Shown here piece by piece: positions 48,418 through 63,314 of a stretch of DNA of 64,000 nt. The notes beneath the pieces are model-generated. The model saw nothing but the letters and a program-made list of their open reading frames with translations. It searched no databases and was not told the origin of the DNA. The DNA lies in the NCBI GenBank assembly GCA_030704615.1, contig CM060732.1, positions 67,642,001 to 67,706,000 of the forward strand, in the 5' to 3' direction. How positions within the stretch are numbered: position 1 is the stretch's first letter; each line of letters opens with the position of its first letter. A program made the position numbers and the translations under genes. The DNA comes from Takakia lepidozioides. Its lineage: Eukaryota; Plantae; Bryophyta.

Positions 48418-50263
48418 GTATGTCCAGATCACATGTTACATCACACATAGTGAACATATATAAGACATATGCTAAATAAAAATAACACTCTAAAAATCAA
48501 CTATTCATTCATGAGCCATGAGTACGGTACTAATCCTCACACCCAAAGGTCATGAAAACCCAAACATTTTAACCACGTATGACAAGATAGCAAAATTTGA
48601 ACCCCCAAGCACAATGCACTCCAACTAAAAGACCGAGCAAGTTGGTTTTTTTTATTGTTTATTTTCTATTTTTTACTCTCAAGCAATTCGTATACGTTTA
48701 AAGAGAGGACAACATCAGTGTGGTTGCTTTACTAAGTCTCCAACTTCTCACTCGTCACTAGAAAGTGAAACAAAATATACAACCAAGATGTAGCCAAGTG
48801 GTAATGGGCACATACGCACATACCACCTCGGAAGTGGTTGTGCGTTCAATCCATTGATTGGTGTCACAAAGGTGTCCAGTCCACCTTCTTGCTGGAAGGC
48901 AGTAGTCCTTCGGGTCAAGAGACACCATAATTTCATCATAATTTCCGTTTCCTTGGGGAGGCGTCATATATTATGTTATTATAATGAAGCTGAACATTAT
49001 TCAAAGTTTGAGCTTGGGGAGTTGTCCCTTTTGAACCCTTTTCTGAATATATGCTCTTTCCTTGTTTGAGACCTTCATGCCACACTTGTATGTATAACGG
49101 CTTGCAGCTGGTCTTCCTCAGGGTCTACCAAGTGTGCACCTTTGCAGAGGCCTCTAGGCTGTATGTGTGTTGATGCAGAATGAAAGGTTTCTGTGCAATT
49201 GTTGAATGCCCCCAAGACATCTATTTCTAGTACCAGAGAAGTGTTGAGGTTGTGATTGAATGGGCAGAGCAGGAGCTATTTGTTTTGGCATTCCCATCGT
49301 TGTAACAGTCAAATTGTGTTGCTTTCCTCTGAAAGCACCAGGCTGAATTCTGCACAGTAAGTTAACACAGCCATGAAAAAGGGAATCCTCATGGCCATGG
49401 CAATTGATCATTCTGTCTCTCTCTCTCTCTCTCTCTCTTTGGTATTTCGAAGCTATTCTCAACCCATGAGCAATGAAGTCACAGTACGGGACATTACCTC
49501 TTGTGACCGGCTACTCTGGCTGATCAAAGACCCATAAGCAACTGCACTTTCGGTAGGTCGTCCTAAGGAGCTGCAAGGTTCTTCGAAAGCTGGGCCTCTG
49601 GTGGATCTCGAGCCCGAGGAAGCATAATCTGGAGAAGTCTGCCGATTGTAATAACTCATCGCTGCTTATGGATGCTCTCTTCTTTCGTGGACTACTCCCC
49701 TGCTCCATCTTTATGTTTCTTTCTCAATACATATCCTGACCTACAGTCCTATAAGGTCTCACCCATAGTTTCAACAGTACAACCGGCACATCGTCTACGA
49801 GCCTACAAGCGTCCCATGGCGAGCTGATTTAGAGATTCTAACTGCCTTCAGATGGCTGATCAGTACATGCAGTTAGACGTGGATTCCCTAAACCCACAGC
49901 CAGCACCGCAGCTACGAGATCTGCTCTTCCCCTGCAAACATACGATGGATATCCTCACATAATCGACTTCCGATTACTTATGCATAGACAGATTCACTTT
50001 GAGAGGCCCAATCCTTGAACAATCGTGGTGAATATATCTCGCAGAAACATCAGAAATCCAACCAGCTGATCAGCTCATTATAGTCAATCACGGGCCGGGC
50101 CTCCTCCGACCCATTACCAAATGGACATTAGGGTAGTAGGTCTGCAGTAAACCAGTGGAACCCTATTCAGAATGCTCTTGGTTTCATGCACAAAGAGAAG
50201 CCGGATCGACTATCACAGTGAGGGAGGAGCTTAGTTAGACGAGATTTATTTGAACTTGGCAAG

Positions 50264-51807
50264 ATGGAGGGAGCGGGAGGGAGTACGAGGATGGGAAGCA
50301 GGTCATCTACAAGGCATGGTCCCGCATCAGTGTTTCATGGGCCTGTGAGGCGATGGCGGAAGTCATGGGTACCCGTGCCTACGACTTCTCCTTCGGCTAC
50401 CTCATCACGGGTGCTTCTTTACAAATGGAGTCCTGCGGCTGCATCCGTCTCTGGTACGTGAGTCCCTATTAACATGGATTTGGCATTCAAGCTATTGAGG
50501 GCTGTGTTTGATCAGTGATTGTTCTGGGGGATTGCCACAGGTGTGAAGGAGGCTGGCACAGAGGAGAGTGTTCCGAAATCCTTGCAGTTCTTGTCTGTAG
50601 GTCTTCGCCTCATCTTCTGTCTCTCTATGTCGATGGCTATCTCAGAAGTTCATTGACTTCCTGTAACCTCGGCTATGACCTGTCCTTTGAGGGTACAGTC
50701 CCCTTGGGACTCTAACCCACCGTGCCGGTGGTGGGGTTTTTACCACTGGGTGTGAAACTCAGCGCGATTGCCATGGCAGCGAGTGCTAAAGCAGCTCGGT
50801 TATGAGTTGTAGGAGTTAGGGCTGGCATGGACGTTATCTGATATTGCCGTCCGAATGTGATTCCAGTGCCAAGCACTTTGTAGGGACCTGAGGTTATATG
50901 GGCAAGCTTTTGTACATTGTTATGTCAGAATACCCGAAGATATTTTTCTGTGCAGGTTTCTGTAATCCTGGCACAGAAGGAAGAGGAAGCAGCCAGAAAG
51001 GCTGCTGAGGAAGCCGAAGCTGCAGCACAGGCGCAGGATGAGGACCAGAAAGGCATGGAGATAACAGAGCTGGATGCCAATCTATCAGAGGCCTCTGCTC
51101 AGGACACTAAGGTAAACTGCATATGGTGGCAAAGACGGATGGAGTTGGACTGGCTGTCCTGCATCGCCAACTTGTGGCAAGAGACCAGCGCCCAGTTTGG
51201 ATGACATAAAGGGAGTAGAGGGGTAGGGGTATTGGATGAGCAGGATAGAGCCCACTAGCATTATGGAAGGTGACAGTAATGGTTTTGGTGGCGCCATTTC
51301 AGGAGGCTGGTGTAGATGCTTCTGCAAACACTGGGAGCGGTCAAGAAGAGGGTGTAGAAGAGATGGCAAGCCAAGATCCAAGTTTAGATGGTAAGCATGA
51401 TCCCGCCGTCGACCAAGTGGCCATTTCTTTCGACGAACCACGAGACCAAGACCAGGCAAGCAAGATGGAAGGAGATGGCACAACCTTCGAAGCTGACCTA
51501 CAGGTATTTTGCCTCTGGGTCTTATAAAAGACAGTGCAAGCATCCTTCTTTTCCTGTATTGTCAGTTATTTGGTTTGAGCAGGGGTTGACCTAAACTGAG
51601 AGTTTTGTTCCAATTGACGGTGAAAACGTATGTTACTGAGGAACAGTAAGCAATGTTTAAATGCTGGACACAGGTCCGGTACTTTAAAGCTGTGAGTGGG
51701 TGCATTGCAGAAGAAATCTGACAGTAGATTGGTGGGATTGTGTTCAGGAGCAGGAAGATATACAACAAGCAACTGACAGTGCTCCCATGGACATGGAGGG
51801 GTTGTAG
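50264..51807 (+). CDS. BCL7-domain homolog (plant SWI/SNF subunit BDH/BCL7-like), about 5 exons
   Basis: MEG..RMGSRSSTRHGPASVFHGPVRRWRKSWV...LLYKWSP resembles the plant BDH N-terminus. Downstream acidic GT-AG exons at ~50541, 50957-51110, 51303-51503; last exon ends TAG 51807 (3' exons tentative). Confidence 0.75.
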
Positions 51808-54800
51808 AGTTCAGAGGATGACATGTGATTGATTTGGGGACTTGTCAGTTTGATCTGGAGTGTCTTTGTTAGATCAGCACTCCATCACCTTGATTGGAAT
51901 TGTAGTCAGCCATGGCCTAAGGCAATTCCAGGCCGAGATTCATAGCCTGGCAGGATCAAACAGACAAGAAGGCTTCAGGAGGTTTGGTGTCTGGTTGGGA
52001 ATCTGGGCTCATAGCTCAGAGGTAACAGTCACTTATTAAATCTTGACAGATTCGCCTGTGCTCCATGGAAAAATGACTTATAGCCCTGTACAGCCTTATA
52101 AGCCTGACATGAGCCCTTATATAAGCACTGCACAACTCTTCCAAACTGATTGTCTGGCTTAAGCAAAAGTCGCTCTTACATACTGACCTTTCTTCCACTC
52201 AAACCCTGAGACTCAGCTTTTTCTTTCAATAAATTTTGAGAGTGAATTTGTGGCAAAGTTGTGTAGCAAAGGAGAGGTGTATTTTGTGTGTTGTTGGTTC
52301 AGTTTCTTATTTGTTGGAGAGAAGAAACTGCAGTTTGAGTTGGAGTGTTGATTGAGAGATCCGCACGATAACCATGGTGTTGAATATCTATGGGCTTGCC
52401 AATTCTGCTTGCCCAGACATGTTTTGCCCACCTGTTTGAGAAGGATGTGGAGGATTTTGTGCTTGAGCCTGTGGATGTGAGCTGCGGCGCTCACAAAAAG
52501 CCTGAGTACCTGAAGTTGTAGGTATGTGATGCTTTCCTGTTTCCTGTTTTCGCTTGAGGAAGGTGTTGGTCAGCTCTATCGAATCATATGGACACATTGG
52601 ATTCTCTTTGTTGGGCATTCATTGTTGGTTGACTATCGTGTTTTGTCCTCTTTTGTGTATGCCCCTAGAGCTAAAGTTCTGAACTACTAGCAGCATTTGT
52701 TTCTTGATCGCTTCTGTCTAGATGGCTTTATAAATGAGAAAATTCATTGTCATTCATCTTGCTACACTGTCTACACCAATTCGTTGACTGGTGGATCGCA
52801 GTTGAGGTCTCAGACATTTGCATTTTCCATAGTTTTCTCTGACATGTGCATCTTTGGTTGTGCAGCCCTTTGGAGTGATCCCCAGTCCTACAGGATGGTG
52901 ATTTGACACTCTTGGTGAGATCCCAGCTCTAGGAGTTGTTGCGGAACTCCCTAATAGATAATCTGATGGGGGCCGCAAGCCACCTTCATGGATACTGAAT
53001 ATCATCATTGTCACGCCCATTTTCTTCTAAGCTCTGCATTATCTCCACATCTTTAACTAGTAGCTTGATAGCAAGCGGTAGATCAGCTGCTTGAGGCAAG
53101 AGGGATGGGTGATGTTCATATCAATTGCTGCGCATCAGTTTTTGTAATACAGAAATAGAAGTGGCTGACCAGTCGAAGATCTTTCATTGAGACTATGTAT
53201 TTGCTGTTCCGCATATTGTTCGTGACAACAACTGGTTTGTCATTTTCCATATCATGCTTCTGCATGGACGGCACTCACTGCCTTTATTGTTAGAAGTGTT
53301 TTCCTAATCAATGAAGACTGTCCAAATTTCTGTCTAAATGTGTTGCCACAAGACTGCATCTCCGATCCTTCTTCCCATGCTGCAAATGTAACAAGGATTA
53401 AACTGATAAGAATCAGTAACCATGAAGTGTCGGGAAAGCCCGAAGTTTAGAAACCAAAGAAGCTTTTTGGACTCCCTCTCTACTTCTCTCTGCACATGAG
53501 CCAGCAGACCTGAACATCCACACTCATTTGCAAGAGTGAGGAACAGCCTTGAAACACCAAGTAGAATATATCTCTACAAACCATGCAACCAAAATTATAC
53601 TGCCTCGATCTAATTTGAGAAGAGGTGCTCTGGTATTTCATTGCTGGGCCAACTAGCACATTGAGTTTTCATAATTCATCATTTGCAGAACAATAAGTAG
53701 ACATTGCTGGCCTTCAATGCTATGATACCAACTACAAATACTGCCCACCACACTCCAACCAAAACAAAGGAGGGAAAAGCCCTTGATATTGGCTTAAACC
53801 ATCTTTGGTTCCAAGCAAGCAAGCAAGATCCAGATTCCTAAACTTATCACATCCAATTCTTTGGGAAGAGAAGTAGGTTGTCATTTTGAGATCAAGGTAC
53901 CACGGATGGCGAGACATACATTTAGAAACCCAGGTCCCACAAAGCTTGAACACTCTGGGTTCATCCAGTTGTAACCTTCACTCGCCGCTTGCTAGCCTAT
54001 TTGAAAACTGAAAGAAATAAGAAACCACTCAGAGAAAAGGGAAATCCAACACAACGGTCTCTCTACCACCCCGCTTTTCCTTGACCCAGATGTTCTGATA
54101 GAAGAGTAGTTACAGCAGGCACCGCCCACCACTCCTTGCCATGTCACAGCCCCTCGTGCAATACATTCCACTCCCTCTCGACTCTCGAGCTTCTAGATCA
54201 GAGCCTCCACCAAATTTCTCGTATGAATCTCTCCTAAGCCCGAATTCTGAACGAAAATGTATCTCTGGATCTGGAAAAGTGCCGATTTTCAAGAACTACT
54301 GTCACAGCTCCTGGATTAAAAGATATCCTCCAAAAATATCTGCAGCCATGAAGAATGCAACTTGATACCAGAGTGTAAGGTTTGTGGCATTTCAAAAACC
54401 TGCATCGATCCATTGTCTCGACTCTCGCCCTTGCAGGTACAGCCAATAAAGTTCTTATTTGACTTTCTTGGCAAGTACTTTTGGGGTGTATGGCCTTCTC
54501 ATGAGTACATTAATCCTCTCATCTGCTTCTCCCGCATCTGCCTTCATAGCTCTGTGTCTAATGGAGGCTCAAGTTGTTCGGTGGCTAAGACTGATTGATC
54601 TGTCATCAATCTGTTGTTGCCATCCAGTAACTCAAGAGATTCCAAGAGATGTTTCAGAACCCTAAAATTCATGGCATTGCTACAAAGCTGGAAACTCATG
54701 GACTATGAATAGATCACCTCTTCAGTGTCTTCTCCCTCCCCCCTCCAGTCTTTTTGTGGTAACATGAGTCTAACCTTCTGTTGGTTGGCAACAATGAACG

Positions 54801-55157
54801 TTTATCTATTGCCTTCCAAGAAAGCACAGGAATCGAAGAATACATAAACAGACTTAAATGTAATTAACTTGAACCTGTGATAGCCTTCTTTACAAATGAA
54901 GGGCTCCAGACATGCACAGATAATCTCAAAAGTATGGCCATAAGCACCACTTCTGTCTAATTCTCTAGGAGCAATTTCCAGGTGATTTCCACCTCGCTCT
55001 ATATATCCTCTGTACATGTCCGTTTGTAAGCAACTATTGTCTTCCTCTCTTTCACCACAGACAGAAAGAGGAAAAGCAGAGGGAGAAAATCATCTCCATG
55101 CATATATAATTGTGTAACGAGAAAATGGAGTAACATTTGCTACTGTTCCCTCTACAA

Positions 55158-57377
55158 TCACAACACCCACTGAAATACTGGGCACTTTGAGCACTGCATA
55201 TATAAGGCAGTGATATCAAACCGGCTCTCAAGAGAGAATGACAGCTGTCCATAGCAATCTGACTCCATGTGCTCTTGGACTACATCAGCCAAGCGCCGCT
55301 GTAGATAATCCAGCCCCACCTGCGAGCACCACACCCGCAGAAAAAGACAATCAAGTAAAACCCTGGTCACATCCCCAAAAAGTTTCATCCACCATGATGG
55401 ACAATTGAAACTGATACATCGCGAGGCCTGACATTCTGACTGCCAAATCCAAGGCATGACACCCCATGTCAAACTGCTGGATGTAGGTCACCTGGCTGTT
55501 TATATGCCTACTAAAATTACAACATATCCAAACAATCGGATTGCATCAATAAATTTGCAGGTGCGTTATGATATGGATAACCAATACCTGGTCATCTTGA
55601 GTATCGAGTCGGAACTGGCCACATGTGCAAAAAATAATGCACTGGGTCTGATGCAAGCACCGTGTTCTACATAAAGGGCACAAAACCCCTCCCTCCTGTA
55701 ACACCATAAACACCACAGAATTCAAAGCTTCGATATCTTCTGCAATCTCTTAGCTACACATGGTCTACCATGATATGTTAATTGATCATCACCACATGAG
55801 GCTGCCATCAAAGAAGCCTTGGCAGAACAAATATTTGTGTCAAAAGGAAGACAGCAAGTGGGTAGAGGACAACCCATGTACCTCATTTTCTTGCCAACGC
55901 TCTACAAGTGCAGTCAGTGACTGGTCTTCAAGGGTATCAGCTGCCTCATACTCCCTCAGCAGTGCAGCCTCTGCACCCACACACACACAAACCCCTATAT
56001 AATCCCCTACAATGTCTTGCCACTACCTAGCCTCACATAAATCTTCACACATTTTTGGCAGGACTCTTTTATGTAAAGGTAAGGCCATTCTAAAAGCTCA
56101 TGAAAGAGAATTGCTTCTGTTCCAGCCACCTAATTCTTCCTTCCTGTTCATTTAACTTGCTAACGGCAGTTGCTTCAGGACTCCAAGTACTATCTTTAAA
56201 GAAGAACTACTCCTCTGTCTTCAAAAGCATGGAAGTGCTCTTATCTGCAAATGACACACTAACCAATAGAAGACATGTCATTCCACCTTGGTTCTGCAAT
56301 TCAGCTTGCAGATCGTCGCAGAGAGCGCTTTCCATAGCCAACATGAGCTCCTCATAGTCTTCATTTGCTAGCTCTGATGGCATCTGTGATGTCATCGGCT
56401 CATATTCCCAGATCATCATATCTGCATCCTGTTCTTGGGGTACAGCATCATGCCCACTCTCCTTCTGAGGATCCTCGACATTTACTGATGTTTGCTTTAC
56501 TTTGTTGAGCTCATCAGCTACAATGCGCCCAAATGCTGAGACAACCTCCTAACTTGCGCCCAGGATAACCGCAAGTTAGGTTCTCTCTTCCTCTCTCAAG
56601 GGGTGACTTTGATCTAGGAGGCAATTCATACAACTTCTAGGGAAGTTGAAATCAAACCCTTCGTTAACAGGTTGCAGGGGGGTTCCCCACAGTAGGGACA
56701 TGCTAAAACACAGAGTCAGGGACATTCTTTTCTCCATAGCATAGAGAAAAGTGGTAGCATGTCTATTCATACAACCAGGTTCACCTTTGTCAAGACATCA
56801 GCGGTGAGTGGCAAGATACTGCGGTAGGGTTGTGCAAGGGCAATATTCAGAATGAGTTGGACAGGACGAGGCGTCTTGTTTACTCATCAACCTTATTGTT
56901 ATTGGCACCGATTGCTGGAGAAGAGGAGCCTTCACACCGGATCTTCCACAACAGTTGTCTCCTTTCGTGCCGCACTCTTTGCAGGCATATCTCCCTCAAC
57001 TGGAATAGCAACAGCAATGAATTTTAAGAACAGTAATCGATTACTGTTACAACGATGGGAATGCCAAAGCCAATAACCCCTGCTCTGCCCATTCAATGAA
57101 CACTTTCTCGGGCACCAGAAACAGATTTCCTGGGGGAATTGAACAATTACACGGAAACCTTTCATTGTACACCAACACACACACAGCCAACCGGCCATTG
57201 CAAAGGTGAAGACTTCATAGACCCTAAGGAAGACCAGCTGCAAGCCATTCATTATACATACAAGTAACTGTGAAGGTCTCAATTCAGGAAAGAGCAGATA
57301 TTCAGAAAAGGAACCTTTTCTTTCCATTGTGGCTGCCGTGATTTCACTGGCCTCCTTACTTGGCCGCGATCCTCCAT
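55158..57377 (-). CDS. RPA-interacting protein (RIP/RPAIN-like), multi-exon
   Basis: Exons MEDRGQVRRPVKSRQPQWREK | LREICLQRVRHERRQLLWKIR | ..IWEYE..EELMLAMESAL | EAALLREYE | VLCPLC..IFCTCG | LQRRLADVVQEH..C..LYMQCSKC*. Confidence 0.85.
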
Positions 57378-57718
57378 CACCCTCTGATCTTCGCTCCAAT
57401 TCCGATGCATTAATCAGCTTGCATATAGCACAACACAGCTAAAAAGGAAAAGAGATAGACGAACACTTTGACCTCTCGCTGCACAAGACAAAACTCAAAC
57501 CCCTCAGCAAACCCTATTTTGGCGGCAAAGGGAGCTGACAAGCGGCAACAGATGCATTCATCCACACAAGTCGACATCCATCGAAACTAGTCTCACAAGG
57601 TTAGTATCCATCCTGGACATTTTGTTGCCAGTGGTCTTTGGCGTTGGATGAACTGAGTAGCTGCACAGATCAATGAGTGAAGCAAGACACTCGCACCTTT
57701 CTAGAAACACATCGTTGA

Positions 57719-58900
57719 CCAGTAATCCCCACAATAACAAACCCCATCTTCAAAGTGGTGAAAGCGGTTAGCATCCAGTACAAAAATTGCTCGGCCAACA
57801 ATCTTTGAGATGAACTTGGTGGAGGTGTGGCAGTCACCCTACACCCCAAGATGAGGTGTCCTTAGGGGCTGTGCTGATCAGCCCAAAAACGATGGCCAGC
57901 TTCTCATTGTGGTGGTAGAGAGAAAATTCCTTTTGCTCCTCCCTCACATCATGCAATACAAAGTGAGTGTCACGCACATACCCTGCCTCCATCTGCCCAG
58001 ACAATATTCTCAGCTCAGCATGAATTTCCTTAATTTTGGGATGCGATTTGTCATCTACAACAAATGTGTGCACCCCTATTGCCAACCTCAATGCAGCAGC
58101 AACCTGGCTCCTTTCTAACCCCCTCTGACCTTCATCATTTTTCTCACCTTTGCACTATCCTCCCACCTGCCAGCTGCAGCATAGATGTTTGATAGCAACA
58201 CATAAGTCATGACATCTGTTTAGAATAGATGTTGCTGCACGTTCAGCCATCTCCACATTGCCATGGATTTTGTAGGCACCAAGCAAGGCCTTCCACACCA
58301 CAGCATCTGGTTTGACTGGCATTCTCTTAGTGAGGTCCTTTGCCTTGTCCAATTGCCTGCCCCGTCCAAGGTGGTCCACCTTGCAGACGAAGAGCATTAC
58401 TGCTGGGGCGACACCATGATCTTCACTCAAGGAATCAAAGTAGCGTCTTCCTTCATCCAGTAGGCCAGCATGGCTGCATGCATAGAGAACGCATATAAAC
58501 GTGATACTGTCTGGCTTAAGCCTTCCTTTTGCATTCCTTCAAATAGTTGCAGAGCCTCCATATGACAACCATGCTGGGCCTATCTTGCGATCATTGCACT
58601 CCATGACAGCACATCTCGTTCAGCCATATTGTCGAACACTCCCTTTGCATCTTCGATGCTTCTGCATTTGGCATACATGTCCACCAGGGCAGTATTCAGA
58701 TGACAAGAATTCCCGCTTTGATGATGTCACCATGGACCTCTTTGCCATTTTCCAGGGCTGCCTGGCTCGCAAGCGCATTGCAAATGCAGACAAAAGTGAT
58801 GTGGTCAGGCTTCACCCCTTCCCACAACATTTGCTCATATGTCTCCAAAGCATTCCTAGCTACCACACCCATGCTTGGTTAATCCTCCCATCATTATATT
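57719..58900 (-). pseudogene. PLS-class PPR-E-DYW RNA-editing factor pseudogene
   Basis: LVDMYAKC; ACSHAGLLDEG; WKALLGAYKIHGNVEMAE; HTFVVDDKSHP; HNEKLAIVFGLIS; DCH..TKFISK; [16 protein letters not shown]. Has frameshifts and a deletion in the DYW domain. Confidence 0.9.
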
Positions 58901-60979
58901 CATGATCACACATTGCTTCTGCACTCTGCTTTCCAGCTTGCAGGCTTTTCATCTTGACGCTCTTATGCAAGAGACAGACAGAATCTGCTGAAATGCCTCA
59001 TTGGTTTAAAGTCTGTAGAGCCTCTTTCAGTTGCCCTGCCTCACACAGCATCCTCACATGTGCAGAAGTGCCAGAAGAGGCATTGTGGACTCCCTCTCTT
59101 GGTCATGGTCGAGGTGCCTGCAACTGTGTAGCAGCTGCTGCTGCTTCTTCCAGTTGACCATCTACCCATGCAGGTTCCTTATAGCTCTCGATCCACAGGG
59201 AAATCATTGGTAATCTTGTGCTTGAAATCCGCTCTTGGATGAATCTGGACCCATACCCTGCTCCTTCAGCTATCCCTGCCTTTACCAAAATCATGCGCAT
59301 ACATTGTCGCCTTGCAAACACCCCGACCCTACCTATCACACTAGTTCTTATGGTGAATTGCGTCTGCTTCTCTCTGGAATCTACCAGGCATTCATCTTTT
59401 TGCCCCGATTGTCCCACCATTGAATGGGGTCGGAAAAATATTCATTCCAGAGCTTCTCCTCGTCTATGATATCCGTTTTATGGATTCCTGTTGGCAACTG
59501 GTAACATGTCCAAATCACTCTAATCCACCATAGACCCACCCAACGAGCTTATTAGCAGAATTCAACATGAGAAATCAGGGACGACTTTGATAAGAGGGCA
59601 AAACAGGCTTATCTTGGAGCTAGAAGAAGGTGCCTCACCACATTGTCCTTGACCTTGTGTCGTGACCCATGGGGAATTCGACCACCACGGTGCAGCTGAG
59701 CAGCCATAGATTGAAACCCGGCCTCCTAAGACCAAACTGACCTTCCCAAGTACCTTGTAAACACCAGGAACGATGATACTAACAGGAAGAGCCCACATTT
59801 GCAGAGTTCCTGTGCAGTTCAAAGGTTGCATGGTGCCCTTTCAGATACCAGGTTTTGGTTCACCAACCCACCCACCTCCGAGCTTCTCTAGAGAAATCGA
59901 CAGAATGTGGAAGACGCCCTACAAGTCATTCTCTTCACTGAAACGCTGGACTAGTCTCCCGATTCCAGTCACATGGGACGTTTCAGTCGTTACATTTCAC
60001 ACCTATTGGCTCATTTTAAGAATTGAAAATGTCGAGAACATTCGGATAAATTGACTAACAGACTCCTCCAGCTTAGCAAAGGCTTACAGATGAAATCATC
60101 CATCCCACGCCCAACGAATGATATATGAATGTCGCTTTTCATCTGGATGGCCAAATAATGCAACAGCTGGGGGTTCCCTATCATTGGCCGCTACCGTCCC
60201 ACTTACTAATTACCATCCCAATTTCGAATATATATTAATCTTAACTACTGTTAATTAGTGCCAATAACCCGAGTTAGGGCGGCTTCCAAGTTCAGAATCA
60301 TTGGCACCTCGTTCTGGACGTTGGGATCTCATTTCCGCCACGTGGTTGCCATGTGGACGAGGCTGATTCTCTTATTCTTTGATACTTGGGACCCCAAACT
60401 TCGTCTTTTACTTATTAATTTGAGAAAATATATTCAGTCAATTGTATGGAATTAATAATGAATCTATATGAAATTCCCTAACAGCTGTGTAAAGAGCCAT
60501 CCGACTGGCAAAATTCGGCCACATTTTAAAACATTTGGTCCCACGCCAATCCTGTCATTTTCTTACTTATTTTTCTAACTACTCTTGGAGCAACAGCTCA
60601 CAGTAAAAAAGGAAATCACCTGGGGGCATCTCACAAATCGGGGCCCTTCATATAGTTAGAGGAGAAAATAACCTCTTTCATAGTAGCGTCGCCATGAGGC
60701 GCCGGAGCCAAGGTAAGGGGGAAGAAGATCATATGATCATACCACACCCGACAAGGTAGCAGGATTCGAACCCAAAATCACCTGGAGGGCACTCCGTAAT
60801 TATTTACTTATTCTCAGAAAGTGTGGTGTGAAATGGCCGGAACGGTAGGATAAATTTTCTGAAAATTATTAGTGGATTCCGGGCCACATGAATCAGAAGG
60901 AAAAGAAGGGAAGAGAAAACATGTCACATCGGGAGAGACAAATTACCAAGGCCGGTAAAGGCAGGCTCCATGTTTGTAT

Positions 60980-61750
60980 CAGTGTTGGACCATATCATCA
61001 ACATTTCATACCAGCTAGGGTATGGTATTGTCGGTGAAGAGGCCTCCTTCGTACCTGGCAGGTAATGGTATCAAGGTAGGTATTAAGCTTTTAATGTACC
61101 GGTCTGGTATGTATATTGTTTTTGTTTGGTCTGGTATGGTATCAGTATTTCAAATTTCAATTCTTATATTGGGGGTATATCAATACTGGTATCAATACAA
61201 TTTATTTTTTATTTTTATTTATTTTTAAACTGAAAAATAAAAATATGTCCGAATTATACCGCTGAGGTGATCACTTCAGGGGCTGAAGTGATCATCTCAG
61301 CGGCCGAGTGCCGCAATTCATAATAACAAGGAGCTGGAGCTCACCTGAAGTAATTTGAGGTGAGATACAAGAGCCATATTACAAGCTGATAAATGAGACA
61401 ATGCTCCAAGCCTAAGCAGATTTTTGAATGGCAAAATCAGAGCCTGCCATTCAGATCGTCTCAATCAAAGAGCCGCAACTCTCCATTGCTGCACCCTAAA
61501 TCCCTAATATTGCTACCTAGGGTGCAAGTGAGGGAGGAAGACATAGTACTGGTATCAACAAAGTTGCGTTCCTTGCGATACCAGACTGGTTTGGTAGGAG
61601 CCCAGGTATTAGCGTTATACTATATTGCCCCCAATATGTTCTGCCCGGGGTATTGCCAGTTGCTTATACCCGCCTTGGTCTGGTACCCTGCTGCGATACC
61701 CTTACCCGTGCTGATACCCCGCCTCACCCCCATATACCGGTCCAACACTG
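60980..61750. mobile_element. hAT-type MITE
   Basis: TIR CAGTGTTGGACC / GGTCCAACACTG; TSD GTTTGTAT/GTTTGTAC (7/8); GGTAT/ATACC subterminal repeats. Confidence 0.88.
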
Positions 61751-63000
61751 GTTTGTACTGCTCCAAAATTCCCTTTCTAGAATACTGATTCCCTCACCAG
61801 AATATCCCAATTACGTCCTCCACGGCCGGGCCAGTTCTATATTACGGTCCTTCGGCCGGAGCATTTTTCGTAATTTGTTGGTTTCCGACCCTTTCAGTCC
61901 ATGACTCGGATTCCCGAGTCGTTTGCTTGATTTCATTTTCAGAGCGTTGGGGGGGCTCTTATTTATTGGGCTGGTATATTGCAAGCACGGCAGGAAAAGT
62001 TTTGCAGCAGGCTTGAAATTCTTACCCTTGGACTCCAAGGGCTTTTATTTCTGGCAAAATTTCGCACTTTTTCGACCTAAAAAGATAAAATGGAATATTC
62101 TGTCATAAATTCCCTATTTCTCATGGATGAAATCGCCAAATTTCTCCAAATAAAATATAAATCTTGGATGTTTTCGCCTAATATGGATGATTCTATCCAA
62201 ATTTAAGTGGATGAAAAGAAAATATGGCTATTTCTTCCAAAACTCAGTAGCCACTCCTGTTATTTTCCAAATTTCACAAAAAAAAACACTGTAGTAAGTT
62301 GGAGTTACCTAGATTCTCCAGGCCAGGAAAGTCCGAGGGTAATAATTTAGCCCACACCTAGAATCGGAATATTGTGACAGGGTAACACAGGTTTCACGAC
62401 AGCAGTTGGAAGCAGGAACAACCTCCAGGGGGGAAATGCTCCAGCATATTTCAAAACGAGGATACCAGAAAGAGGTCCCCAAAACCGAGGTGACCAACAG
62501 CCGGTCGTAGACCGGCTGAGCCGGTGAGAAGTCCTTGATGAGGGAGAGAGAGAGCGGGTGGGCATCAGATCGGTCGCATTGCGGGCAAGGATTCGAGAGC
62601 GGGAGGGAGAGAATGAATGGAAATGGAGATGGAGAGGGAAAGTAGGTTTGTGGAGATGGCAGGGTTGTGGTGACGAGCTGTGTTGTGTACTGGATGCCTG
62701 CATGTTTGCTGCTAAACCCTGCGTTGGTGATGTTTGTTGAGAGGGGGAACTGAGGAGGTTGTGTGGTGAGAAGGAGAAGGGAAGATTTTAGGATGTTTGC
62801 ATAGATCTCTGTTTGATGTGGACTGTAATGTGAAGTACAGATGAGGCAGAGGGCGGGTGGACCGCGTGTGCTTGTTATTGAGGAGTGATGGCGGTTGTGT
62901 GGTAGCGATTAGGGCGGGCGGGAGGTGTCCTGGGGTGTTTGTGCCCCTGGGGGGCGGATCTACAGACGAGAACGGGGAAGGCAGGTGGTTGGTGTTATAG

Positions 63001-63314
63001 ATGGAGGATTTTGCCAATATTTTGCAGCGAGACTATGGATTGAAGCCCCAAGGGAAAGCGGCACCTATGGCCTCTGGTGCCGGTGGAGCTGCGGGGAGCA
63101 GTCGAGTTGGATCTGCAGTCGAGAAGGGAAACAGCGGGACTGGATCTCGGCGCTCGAATCGCGCTGCCGCGCCGTTGGCTGCGGCGGATAACAGTGATGA
63201 CCTCTTCTTCAAGGCCGGCAATGGCGTCTCAAAATCCTCAAGCCGAGGGTTGTATGCCGACCCATCGCCTGTTTTTGGGAGCGCATCTGACGACATCTTT
63301 GGCGGCCCTCCTAA
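63001..63314 (+). CDS. Auxilin-related (J-domain) protein, first exon; gene continues beyond the window
   Basis: MEDFANILQRDYGLKPQGKAAPM...DDIFGGPPK matches the plant auxilin-like N-terminus; GTAGG donor. Confidence 0.85.

Noticed and set aside
53400-55050. Possible NB-LRR pseudogene remnant
   Set aside because: Only vague LRR-like and FFDSCAFLEG-like hints; not supportable.
58930-60050. Coding-like minus-strand remnant upstream of the PPR pseudogene
   Set aside because: Fragmented, no diagnostic motif.
62036-62291. Third hAT-like MITE ending AAAACACTG
   Set aside because: Left TIR degenerate and no TSD found.
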